Part shown: positions 10,716 through 23,300 of the stretch, piece by piece
How the letters are laid out: each line of letters opens with the position of its first letter
Numbering within the stretch: the first letter of the stretch is position 1
Assembly (NCBI GenBank): GCA_000708835.1
Contig: DF236968.1
Location: forward strand, 186,001-250,000
From: Klebsormidium nitens
Lineage: Eukaryota > Plantae > Klebsormidiophyceae
Length of the DNA stretch: 64,000 nucleotides
Reading direction: 5' to 3'
Made by a program: the position numbers and the translations under genes
The notes under the pieces: model-generated
Databases searched by the model: none
What the model was told of the DNA's origin: nothing
Seen by the model: the letters and a program-made list of their open reading frames with translations, nothing else

Positions 10716-13267
10716 TTAATCCTTTTGGCCAAGGTTGAGAAGGTCTGAGCGACCGCCTGCCATTCGTTCCGCATCAACGCCCCTTTCACCTAGTGAGACA
10801 ACAAAAGAAGGACAATGGTCATACTTCTAATGTTGTTACCTAGTCATAGTCAAGAGGGACGATCATACGTGCTGCTTTTGGTAGTCTGCTTCCGTGGGGA
10901 AGAGAAGTTGCAAGATTTCCAACCTTCTCGAGCTGCTTCCAGATCTGAACCAATCTGATCAAAATGAATACTGAACGAGACCACAGTAGTTCGATTTAAA
11001 GTCGAGCAGGATGGCTATACACTCACCTGTCCTGACTCGGATCACTTCGTATACGGGTGAAACTGCGAATTGAATGACCAGTTATCAGCGCTCAGATTCG
11101 CAACATCAAAATGTTATTAGAGAAACAAAGGAGACCATATGCCAGCAGAACGCGGGTTGGCTTGCTGATTCAGAGGTTGGAAGCTCATGGAGTGAACCCC
11201 AAGCAAAAGATGGACCATGGTGAAGAGACGTCTTCCTCTGGACGTTTAGCTTGACAACTTTGACCATCATTTTCTGTCAGCTTCAGATCACGCATACTAA
11301 TGCTGGTTGTGAGCGGGTTCCAACCAAGCTCCCAATCGATGCAGCGTTTGAGGCAGCCACAGCGGAAGTCAGACCCAGAGCACTCCGAGCTTCGCTTGTC
11401 AGTACCAGGCATATCCGCAGGCTGATGACTTGGCGGCCAGCACGCAGTACACGTTGCTAGTCTGATCCGGTTACACCTTTCCTCCAAACGTTTCCTGAGC
11501 AACTTTCCTACTTCAACAACCCAGCCAAAAGCTCGAAGTGAATCAAGAAAGAACGAGCCACTCACCAAAGATTTTCCCATCCCCAATTTCTTCCGTCTTT
11601 GCAGCATCTATGATTGTATCGATCACGGGGTCAACCTGCAATCAGGGCATGACACGACTCCTATCAAAGTTGTCCTTCAGAAGGCACGAGACAAGTCTTG
11701 TCAAATTGAGCCTTTGTTGAATGACACAATAGCAATGCTCAGCCCGCTTTTGCGGTGCTGACTTGAAGTCGTAATCAAAACGACTGGGTACAAGGGCAAC
11801 AAGTGACTCATGAATCTGAGCAGCATGCCATACCACCTTCAAAATGGACTTCCCTCCAATGTCAATGTTTGAAGACACTATCCGTCCTCCCATGGCATGA
11901 AGTCTAGCCCTCAGACATTACTGGCAGTGCCCACGCCCAGCACTGTAAGAACTTCTTTACACTTTTCAGAGTCTGCCTTTTAAGGACCATTTATTTGCAC
12001 ACGATCTGGAAGCTTACCTGATCCGCAACCACAACGATCTCAATCTTGGTTTTCTGAAGAAAAGCGGAGTCCAGGAACTCTGAGCCTGCAGTGTCATAGA
12101 CAAACGCAGTTTACTTGTGATACCACCCTTGCAAATAAGCCTTGATTGAGTCCTTTCATCAAGCGATGCGGTTTCTTCATTCGTTCCCTCAGGGGAAATT
12201 GCCTGATTGAACATAATCTGTCGGACTTGAAAACGAGATGCACTTTCCTTTGCACTGCAGCTGGACAGGATTGCCTACTTGAGGAGAGCCACATACTCTA
12301 TAGTAGCAAGAGCTGTTTATGAGTAGAGTGCTCATGCCGTACCTGCCTGACGCTCCAGTGATCCCCTCTGTGCGCCAAACCCCTTCACTTCCAAGACCGT
12401 CAGCCCCCGAATGCCCTCAGCCAGCAACGCCTGCCAAACAAGGATTACAACTATCTCATCACACCATACCCACGTCGCTGGACCATATCCTGAGTGTCGC
12501 TGGTTCTGTGGCAGTTTTAGGCCCCGCAATTGATTTCACTATGGTTTGTTGAGTTTTTTGTGATTGCAAATGTGCCTTTTTTTAAGGATTCTCATGGTGA
12601 CCACTACAAAGTAATGATGGTTATGCATCATGCTGTCTCACCATTGTGGAACTTTGATCCAATAATTGTACCTCACACCAGCCAACTTACCTCCGTCACA
12701 CCTTGCAGCCGCCACGAGCGAATGACTGCTTCAACTTTGTAGAATGGAGCCTTTGGGATGTGTTCTGCACCAGTAGAGGGGCAAAGTTTGTAGCAAGATG
12801 TGTGCTTTCATTGTGAGCAAGCTGCATCAATGATGTGGAATGAGGTCAGGCCATGTACTGAGGTTGACCCGGTGAAGATTGTTAGCAGGTCTAGCACCAC
12901 CACTCTGTCAATGCAGAGTTGCTTGAGTTCATTCTGAAAATGCAATGAGGCACAGATTGATTAACAATATACAGATGTTCATCATACATCTTTACAAAAG
13001 CAGATTACCAAGAGTGCTTTGCTTGGGAGCATTGTTTTCCCCGCTCTCCGCTCTGCAAATTAGCTGGCCCTTCTTGCTGGACTTTCTGGATCTCTGTAAG
13101 TGACGTGCCGGTGACAGAACCGGCAAGCCTCCCCACGGACTTCTCCTCAATTGAATTGCATTTGTTAGGGGCAAGACAGAGCCTCTGGGATCCACAGTCG
13201 GTCCATTAACGGCAGGTGAAAGTGTTCTCTCCAGCCCTTGTAATCTGCACAGAGTGGAAGTGGCCAT
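10716..13267 (-). CDS. GLB1: Plastid PII nitrogen-regulatory protein (GlnB family; 7 exons, ~222 aa)
   Basis: Exons 13267-13009, 12764-12691, 12430-12343, 12085-12018, 11635-11566, 11062-11027, 10789-10716. Transit-like N-terminus, then FYKVEAVIRSWRL, GIRGLTVLEVKGFGAQ, GSEF, KTKIEIVV, TEEIGDGKIF, VIRVRTGERGVDAERMAGGRSDLL. Confidence 0.95.
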
Positions 13268-14375
13268 TTCAACGCTGACACTTCGACAAATCAGGACGAG
13301 GTCAGACAGATGAGGGGAGGCCCCAGCACCCTAGAGTTATCTTAGTCACCTTCTCGAAGCCCACCAGATTTTTAGAACCTACATTCCGCTGTTTCAGCCT
13401 CCAGTCCCAGCGGTATGCTTGTGCATTGCCATAATCATGCAAATCTGCGAGCTCTTTGCCCTGTCACTGTGCCTGCGCCATGGGGGCTCCTTCCTTGGAA
13501 GTGACTTCGACTGATGCGGCGACGTCTCCAACCTTGGGGCAGACTTCTACCACGGCGCTGCAGGAGGGCGTCCCCTCAAACCGGCTGGACTGGTCGCCGC
13601 CTGCAAGTTCAAGTGTGCAGCGGCGGCATGTCAAAGCTGCCAGAACTCTCTACCGTCGGATGAAAGGCTGCCAAACTTTGAACGATCAGATGAGGCCCTT
13701 TCAAACCAAAGTTCTCGAACCAACCAATCAACGCGGCTAGGTGAAGCCCCGAGCCTAGGTCGCACATGCAAGGATGCGTCAGCGCGCAACCATAGCATTT
13801 TGCGCAAATGCAGACGACTACCATAGATGAGCAATGCTGAATCTATGCGATTCTATGGTGTCTTTATCTTTGTGTCCATCTGTAAGGCGGTGTACTTAGT
13901 CATACAGACAAAACATTCTGCCGTCCAATCGGCCACAGGTAGCAAAGTCTGACAACGTCTACTAGGTGCCTTGGAGCAATTATAGGCCCAGAATGTCAAC
14001 CTATCTCGGCAGATTGCTTGCGGGTGGAAGAACAGATCCAATGTTGTGCCCCAGGTCCAAAGAGGATTGGAGACTCTTCAAAAATTCTGGCGTAAAGGGG
14101 CACTCAACCATTTGAAAGCATCATTTTGTGGACTAAGCTAGCGCTAACCCTAATCTTTGAAGAAGACCAGTTGCAGGCCGAATGATTTGAATGACCTTCC
14201 TGCATTACATTACAACACAACACAAGCAGACCTGACAAAGACCTAAGTCGGTTTTCTGCCCTTTGGCAGAACAGCAGTAAGGGAGATTGGCAACGGATTC
14301 CTCAGTACCCTGCCCAAACAGCCTCTGAGTAAGTTGAGCTGGCTAACCTATCTCTGGGTAGACTGTCCAATCAGC

Positions 14376-17300
14376 ATGGCAGCTCCCCCGCTCTCGAGCT
14401 GCCTCGACCCCGGCCCCATCCTTCTACATGCTGGCTCGCCAACCAAGTCTAAAGCCAAGGGCATCCTCCCGAGCGTGGCAGCATTCACCGCAGCCAAAAG
14501 CAATGCTGATCAAGCGATTGCCAGCTCAGCAGGAGCTGTGGCGGGGTTTCCATTTGGCAAGACACGCCTCAAGAATTATGCCGAGAAGCTGCAGCTGCAG
14601 AAGATGCTGGTGGAGGCGCGGTATGAGAACGCTAGGGAGGCTCGAGCTCCCGAGACTGACGGGGAGGACAGGGTCCCACTGGCCAGCATCAACATTGATG
14701 GGAGTCTTTTTGGAGGTAGAGTGCAGTGTCGTCTTTTCTCCATATGAGCAACTAATGACCTCCAGCTGTGCTCAAACTTGGAATGCCGTGTTTATCCGAC
14801 CAAACTTGGTTCCTGTCTTATAGAAGGGGCAACGTTCGCTTTGTGCTACCAAGACCTTGACCACTGCATGGCTTTTGAGGAACCATTGATTCCAGCTCCA
14901 TTCTGTGCACTAACTATTTGAAACCACCACCAATTTCGATATTCTTGATGACACCTGATGCCTCCGGCGTCTCGATTTGAGATTCCCTCTTCACAGCCTG
15001 AAAAGATTCTCAGAGGAGATTCTAATTGGCCCACTAATCCCAGCACGCCGGCGTCAGAAAGTCGCCATTGCCCTCTTCCCCCACCACCTATGCTTACTTT
15101 TGTTGGAACTTCCACTGTATAATGGCCCCTCTTCTTTGGTACAGGCCGTCGTTCAGCGCCCCCATCAGCCCCTCCCCGCGCCTCCTCCCCCGGACCCCAG
15201 CCAAAGGCCCGAGCGGCCACCTCCCCCGAACCCAACCTGCGGCCCATCTCTGGACCCGGTTTCTACCCCTCCGCAAACCCCGCATCCTGCGGCCACCCTG
15301 GGGGGGCCTGGATGGGAGCTTATGACACCGCCGCCTCAGACCAGCTTCGGAAAGAACTAAATAGTGGGGGAAGCCGTTTTGGGATGGACTCTGTTGAGGA
15401 GGAAGACGATGGAGGGGGCGAGAGAAGGGACTTACCGGGAGAGTTCAGTGGGAGGGGGGAAGGGGATGAACGGTATCAAGAGGCGTTGGAGGAGTTGGAC
15501 GAACTGAGGCATGAAATCCAGCACATGGAGAGCACGCTCCAAGTCCTAAAGCCGGTGAGCAGCACCTTCATCTGATGATTTGACCTGGTGCTTTGATTGC
15601 GCACATGCTGGTGCTATTGTCTTTGAAGGGCATCTGCTGTTACGTGTCAAGGTATGGAAGGACCAGCAGAAACTAGCAGGACGTTAGCCGGGGATGTATC
15701 GGGTGGGATCGTTCATTGCAATCTTGTGCTTCAGCTGCGTCGCATCGTCGTTCTGGGAGCTTGGCAACCAATTGCCGGTCCTTTTGTCCTCTTCGCAAAG
15801 ACTGATTGGTGACATGTGAAAAGCGAACCTATGATGAGGCGACGGTTTGTCATCTGGCGCTTGCATCGATAGTCGTTTGAGCTGCGGGCTCTCTTAACGT
15901 CGGAATGGGCACGAGAGGGAGAAAAGGTGCCTTCTCAAGTGATGAGAACTCGAAAGAAGGCTCCGTTCTCTTAACCTTTACACCTTGGCTTATCCCACCG
16001 ATTTGACGATGTTGGGACCCTCCGTTTCCATTACGTACGTCCCATACGCAAAGAGTCGTCTGAGCACTAGTTTCTCAGTGGACTCGTACCTGACACTCCC
16101 CGTGTTTCCGCAGTCCAACCCCAACACTGCTGCCCGGTCCCCGGTGTCAAGAACCCCCTCCCGTGCCGCCAAGCTTCCCAACCCTCCTCCTTCCCCTCCG
16201 GCCAACCCCCTCGAAGCGAAGATCCGCCAATGGGAGCAAGAAGCATTCGGGCCGATCGTTCCTGTAACTCGGAGAGAAGCGATAGCGCTCGAACAGACGT
16301 TGGACGACATTCCTCAAAGCGCGAATATCGGACAAGAGATGCCATTCGGACAGGAAAGGTCGTACGAAATCCTGAACACTGCGATCGTGGACCGAGAACT
16401 AGAGCTGGTGGACATGGTCTTCCGGGAGGCGGCGCGGCAGGTGCGGGCCGCGTGCACTGAGCAGGGCCGGCTACTTGATAAGGTATGGTGATCTTTCATA
16501 GCCTATGCGAATCTGCCGATTATCATGTCATTCTTTCTAAGTAGACGCTTGAGTTCGACGTTGTCTTTTGGAAGGCGGCCGTCAGGTGCGGGCTGTGTCC
16601 GCCGCTGTCGGCTCCGCACTGGCTGCTCACGATAGCTGAAGGGTTCCTTATGTCGACTTTCATAAGCTTACAAATCAAGGGCTCGAGATGGCAGGGGTCT
16701 TTAAGGGTTCGATTCTAGGAGCCGAAGCCCAAACTTCGGACTTTCTCCTACTTCCGGACTCTAAATACACTGATCGAATGTACAAATACGATACTCCTCA
16801 CAATTCCATCTGTCAATCCCCCGCAGATTCGGCGGCGGTACAGCACCTTTATGCACGGACTCCGCGCCTTCTGCATGCGCGCGCAGGACGCGAGCGTGGA
16901 GGCACTGGAGCAGCTGGCGCGCGCGCGAGAGCGCGAGCACGCGGCCGCGACGCGCGCCGAGCGGCTGGAGCAGGCGCTGGGCCGCTCGAGGACGGAGGCG
17001 AAGGCGCTGGAAGAGCGGAATGCCGCACTGCAGAAGGTGGGCACCTGTCGGAGACGTGCGACGGTGGTCCTTGCAGATTTGACGATCTTCTTTCTATGTT
17101 TTTTCAGTTTCTCGTTCCGTTAAGCCTAATGCCTTTTCTAGGAGGAACAAGTGTCCGGTGATTATGAATGAGTTTGCAAGCAAGGGGACATACGGCCTTG
17201 CGAATTGCAAGGGGCGGCGGACGGTGCTGATTGACCCCGCTCCTAAATTGCGCTTTCAATCGGCGACAGATTGGCAGTCTCAGTCCTCAAATCTAGGGAT

Positions 17301-20300
17301 AGTATCGTTTCCCCACCCCCACTTCAAAGTTCGTGATGTCGAGGAGGGCCGACTGACGTGCACACGGCGATCCTGAATCTGTTGAGCTCAGGAATCTGTG
17401 CGAAAGGACGCTCATCAATGTCGGGAAGAATGGGCAGAGCAAAAGAATAGGAAAGTACTTGCAGGAGCTGCTGACGTCACAGAGGGAGGCGGAGGGCCAG
17501 CTGGTGTCGATGCAGGCGGCGGTGCTGACGTTGCAGCACGAGAACGGACACCTGGCGGACAAGGTGCAGACGGCGGACACCGACAAGGACGCTGCCGTCA
17601 GCACCCACGTGGCGTACCTGCAGGATGACATATGCGCGCTCATCGACGAGCGGGACGAACTGCAGGTGCGCGGCCGCGCGTGCGCACTTGGGGTTCAAAG
17701 GCTGGTTTTCTGCTCTGGTTTTGCATGCAGCGTTGGGGAAATTAACGAGTACGTTTGCGAAACGCGAAGGAGGACGTGAAGCGTCTGACTTGCTTTAGAG
17801 GTCAATCATCCCTTGTGATTGACATCTCTGAAGTTGAGAGTCTGAGGTTGAGGAGAGGGCAAAAGGCCTATTGCTGCGTTAACAATCTCACTCCGTTCGT
17901 AGCGCCATCATCCTCAGAAACCCTTGCGGATAATGCGATGCTTTCAACAACTGGAGCCCGAAAGGTAGTCAACCAGCGCTTTCGTACCCATCTCGTATGT
18001 TTGTGGAACTGTACTCTCTCCTTGTCTATTTCTAAAACCGGCTCAGAACGTACGGAAACTTTCGAGCACCAGTTTAATTCTGACCAACGTTCTTTTGCTT
18101 GACCACATCGCGCCGCCCTGAAACCCTACAACCCTGAAAATGCAAAACCCTGGGATCTTGTCTGCCTGTCTTAACGTCTTGTCGTGCATCCGCGCGCGCA
18201 GGAAAAGGTGGAGCGGCTTACCGCGCAGCTCGTTCGCTCCAAGTGGGGCGGCCTCGCACAGGCAGCCCCCACCTCCGCGGTCGCCACCGAAAACCAGGCG
18301 GTACAAACTGACCGGTACAAACCTCGCGGGGACCGGAATAGCGGGGACGAGGACGACGAGGATGGGCGGAACCGGAGCGGAACGGCGGACTCTGACGTCA
18401 TCCTAGGGCTGGATGACGCGGAGTCGCAGCGGCGGCGGCGGCGGCGGCGCGCGAAGAACGTGTCGAGCAACAAATACGGCTGCTTCTCCGGGATGCTCGA
18501 CACGGGTGCGTTGCGCTGACGGTGCATGACGGCACTTTGCGATGTCAGCGTCTGGTCCTTGTCCGGTCAAGACTTGGAAACGTTTGCTTCCCTTCAGAGT
18601 CTTCAGATTCTGAAATCTTTTGACTCCTGCGCAGGCAGTATGGGACACGTAGCCGAAGGACTGGCTGCTGAAGGTGATCCCGCAGATATACTTGGGAAAG
18701 CGCGCAAGCGACAGCTTCCAAGTGTCTCAAACCCCAAAACCCAAAACCCCAAATCCCAAACACCAAACCCCAAACCCTGATCCTAGACCCTGATTCCGAA
18801 ACCTACACTCTCTTTCCTAAGCTCCATTAACCCTCAAACTCCGAACCTGCGCAGACCGCATTGGGCGCGTGAAGCCCAAGGGGTGGTTGCTCAAGGTGAT
18901 CGCGCAGCTGTACCTGGAGAAGAGCGCGAGCGACAGCTTCGAGGCGCGCCAAGGCGAGGGCGCGCGGCCGCCGGAGCTGCACGAGTTCGTCTACGACTGG
19001 CACCTCAACCGATACGGCCTGCGCACGCTCGCGGAAGCGGTGAGGTGCACCAATTTCTGGGTGACGCGTGGCAGTAGGGAATCCAAAAGGGTGAAAGGCT
19101 TCTGTATTTTGTTGGATGCGAGAGTTCGTCCACGACTTGTACCTCACCCGCCGATGCGGCCTGCGCACGTTTGCGGAGGCGGTGAGGTGAAGCAATTTGT
19201 GGGTGACACGTGGCAGTAGGGTATCTAAAAGGATAAAACATTTGCAGCTTTTGGTGGATGCAAGAGTTCGTCTAGGACTGGCACAACAGACGATACAGCC
19301 TGCGCACGCTCGCGGAGGCGATGAGGTGGACCATTCTTTCGATGACACGTGGCAATTTGGAATGAAGATGATAAACCGATTTGCCGCTCTGGTTAGTTGC
19401 ACGAGTTCGTATACCATCGGCACGTTATCCGACACCGCCTGCGCGCTCTTGCTGAGGCGGTGAGGCGGACAGATTTTAAAGTGACACATGCCAATGAATG
19501 GACCTTGAAGAGACCTTGATATACAGCCCATGTTGGACGTTCACTAGAGCAATGACAGCGGCTCAGTAAGAACCATGGCGTTCCTTTTTGACACCCAAAG
19601 AAGCACAAGGGCGCGAAGCTTTTGGAAGGTCGGGACAAATTAGAAGATGGCGAGAAGTGATGGCAAGGTCGAATGGTCCTTAATCTCTAGCTTGCTTTCC
19701 TGGTATCTTGGCGTCTGTCACGGTTGTCGACCCAAGAGAAGGGAAGTCACCTCACCTGAGGTCAACCTTCAATCTTCGAAGCATCTTTTCCAACAAACTT
19801 GGGCAAAATTATAATAAGCCGAGAAAATGTGAGGTAGCCGCGCTGGGACAGGTAGGGTAATTTGCTGGATTACGGTGGGTAGAGGTGCGGAGCAGGTACC
19901 TTTTTGGGTTGGGCTTTAATGGTTGGTATGAGCTTATCTCTGACTTAGCTTATCATTGTCTCTCTTGAGTTTGTTTTCTTTTCTAACCCAGAAGATAGGA
20001 ATTTTCCGGAGTCCTTAATTGAGACTAAGTTCGACGTTCCTGCAGAACTTGCTGGACCTGATCGCGAGCGTCCGGCGGTACCAGGCGGACAACCTGAAGG
20101 CGCGCATGTTTGGACAGTTTTGCGGACTGGTCGGCGCGGAGCGGCGGCCGCTCGAGGCCTTCCAGTTCTACATGTGAGTGGAGTCGCTCTATTTCCAATT
20201 TTTATACCGTACCTGTATCTGGTTTTGTCACCTTCGACGCCTGATAATACATTACAAGACGTTTAAAACGTTCGGCAGACCTAACCTTACCTGCCAAAAA

Positions 20301-23300
20301 TTCCAGACGTATCGTACCTTGCCGCTCCTTGAATCCTGAGATCTTTGGCAGGGCGGAAAGTGATCCGTTTTTCCCGAAAGCAATACAGAAACGGTACGTC
20401 TTCCGTGAAAGAAGGGTCTACGATCTACTTTATTCGCCTAAATCTCCGTTTCTTTCTCTTTGAGCTTCGCAGTCGTTCCCTTGTCAAAATCGATGCCACG
20501 AACTCCTGGTCATAGTCATGCCTGAAGGAACTTGTTTGCCGCTTTTGGATGTCGAATGCAATTAGAATGTATCTATTTTCTCCGTTGAGTTCGACGCTTC
20601 CTCGCCTGCCAATTTCTATGCGGGTCTGGTTTGTTCCTTCGCTGCTTTGTTTCCTTGTCTAACCGCACACCCCAAATTGCGAAAGAGGGGCGGCCCGCTG
20701 TAAAACATCGGCGCAGCCCCACTCTGCCTGCTTTAACCCCTTACTGGTCTGCTGTCATCGTTCCCTTTGCTTGCTCACATAACGACCTCCTTTTCACACA
20801 TTCCTCTTACCCCTTCAGCCCTTATCGCATGTTCGACCTTCTCAAGCAGCTCAGGCTTGAAGAAACAGTAGGCATGATCGTAAACCTGTAGACGTTCTCC
20901 GTCTCTTCCCAGGCACTGCATGCAAGTCATGGCCCCCTCGGGCATCCTAGCGCTTTTCCCGGAAACAGATGACGGCACGTGCTGGATGAAACCCGTTAAG
21001 GCGCTCGAGGCGGTGAAGACGATATTTACGAACGCGGCCGCGCCGCTCCAACTACGTCAGTTCATCGTCAGCCGCATCGAGCCACTCATCGACCCCAAAA
21101 CGAAGTGAGGGGCTCAGGTTTTGCAGAACTTGTAACACCTTTGAAGGCTTGTTTACAGCATTTCAATCAGCTTTCAACTCAAACAAACGTTCAAACCCTC
21201 AGATGATGTCATCTGAGTCGCTTAAAGGCTTCATCGTCAGCCGCATCGAGCCGCTCATCCACCCCAGAACAAAGTGAGGGGGGTAGGGTTTGCAGAACCA
21301 CTCAACGTTTGTTGCTACTTTGACGTCTTGACTCAACGAAAGCCAATGAACTACTGAAGGTTACTTTGAGGTCTCAACTCAAGCAAACCCTCAAATCCCT
21401 AGACGATGTCATCTGAGTCGCTCAAAGTCTTGCGTATGCAGGACGTACGACGCTGACAGCATTCTGTCAGGGCCGCTGGATCAGTGCCAAAACGAGTAGC
21501 TCTCAACCCCGCCGATTTTCATTGGACCTTTGAGTGCTAGTTCCAGGTCCTAACACCATCAAACCTCTGACTGACGTCATCCTGGTGTTAAAGAACGCCA
21601 TGCAACTTCCTCTACTCTAGGACCTACGACGCGGACGGCGTTTGGATACCGCTGCTCCCTAAGCTTTTGCGTCTCGGGACTTGTAACCCCTACCCCTACA
21701 TCCTATCACCCTAAACCCTGAATCCTAAATCTTAAAGCCTAAATCCCCGAACCCAAACCCCAAACCCTGCTCCGCAGGACGTACGACGCGGACAGCATTC
21801 TGATGGCTTTGCTGGAGGAGTGGCAGCGGCAGTATTCGCTGAGCAGAGGTCCCGAATCCCGAGGCTTACGGAACTTGAAAACCTAGAGCCTTCTAACTGA
21901 CTTCGTAAACCAGTAAACCCTGAACATGCAACCTCAAAATTCCTTTTTCCCAGGACGTACGACGCGGACGGCATTCTGATGGCGCTGCTGGACGAGTGGC
22001 AGCGGCGGTATGAGCGCAACGAGGCGCACCTGCGCGCGCTGTTCCGCGCGGGGGACATCAACCATGACGGCGTCATGACGTTCGACGAGTGGAAGGAGGT
22101 CATCAAGCACGCCAATGACGACATGACGGAGCGCGAGGTGGGGCTACACTTGCTACAGGTCTCTTCTTTCCAGTGTTTTGAGACCTGTCGATGGTATCGG
22201 ACGAGGGAGTGTTCCCTACTATTCGGGGATGAGTGTTATCTGTCCCAGGGGATGTAGCCCGCATCTTCACAGGCATGTCTAGTTCGATGAGCCCCTCTCC
22301 GAGACAGCGCCCAAATCGTTACGCTTTTCGCGCGTTGGGTCAGCCCCTTTGCTACCATCTCGCCCCCTTTTCATTGTGTCAGGTTATCGGAATTGGATGC
22401 GATAGCTTGCCGTCTGAGCGTAATGTTTTGCTTCCATTGCCAGTTGAGTATCGCACGTTCCCTGTGATGCTTTATTTGTGTCAAGCTTCTTTCGATTTTG
22501 TCCATTTTAACCAATTCGCTTTCCGTCTGGGTTATTTCATTCTGCTTTGGACTTCCTGGAAGTATCGCATCTTGCCTGCGATGCTTCCAATATTTTAACC
22601 GTTACGATAGCACCTCAATGCAGAACGCCGACGGCGGAAGGAAGGAGCGATTAGTATCGGCTTCGCAAGCCCAATTTCTTCTCGGGTCAACGCTTGCATC
22701 CCTCTACTCTTGGATTGCTCCGAGGATCTTCGAACCCGTCCAGCCTTCTTAAAAGATCACGGTGGATCCAGAGTCACGCGGGAGAAAAGGTTCCCGGCCT
22801 GCAGGATCGAACCCCCTTTGAATGCACAAGTAGTCTTACAACGCCTTGCACTCATCCGGTTTGGTGCGACACCGCCATTAGCTATAGAGGTGCTAAGGAA
22901 CGTCCAACTACACATCATCCTGTTCTTGGGGTTCTCGACTCCTTTTGGTCGCCTTTGTGCCATCCCCTTGAAAAACCCAAGTGTTTCGGAGAGAGCTTTA
23001 AACTCCCGACTCCGCGACAGAAACTTGGACATCCAATACCCATTCCTTTCCTCTCTGAGGGTCTGGATTCAACCTTTTTCGATTCCCCAGATCGCGCAAA
23101 TGTTCTGTGAGGCCCTCCAGACCTCCGACTCCGCGAGCGGCGAGAGCATCTCTATACTTGCAAAAATCAACACTTTATTGCCTTGTCCGGGGGTCTCAAC
23201 CCGCTCGTATTTCCACCCCCCCAGATCGCCCAGATGTTCCGCGAGGCGCTGCAAACCTCCGCCTCTGCAAGCGGCGAGAGCATCTCTATACTTTGGACAA

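Noticed and set aside
13456-14110. Possible small minus-strand gene between PII and the dynein-domain gene
   Set aside because: There is a GC-rich exon-like patch, but I could not build a start-to-stop spliced model and found no homology cues.
18979-19490. Regularly spaced repeats with variable intervening sequence, superficially CRISPR-like (also 23080-23420 and 42595-43190)
   Set aside because: The units are ~135-150 bp degenerate copies of exon-intron junctions, and the spacers are homologous to each other. There are no cas genes and the context is eukaryotic.
18827-19531. 234-aa minus-strand ORF, and similar long antisense ORFs at 23069-23707, 26581-27525, 35106-35692 and 44364-44957
   Set aside because: They overlap GC-rich sense exons or echo repeats, with no recognisable domains or splice support.
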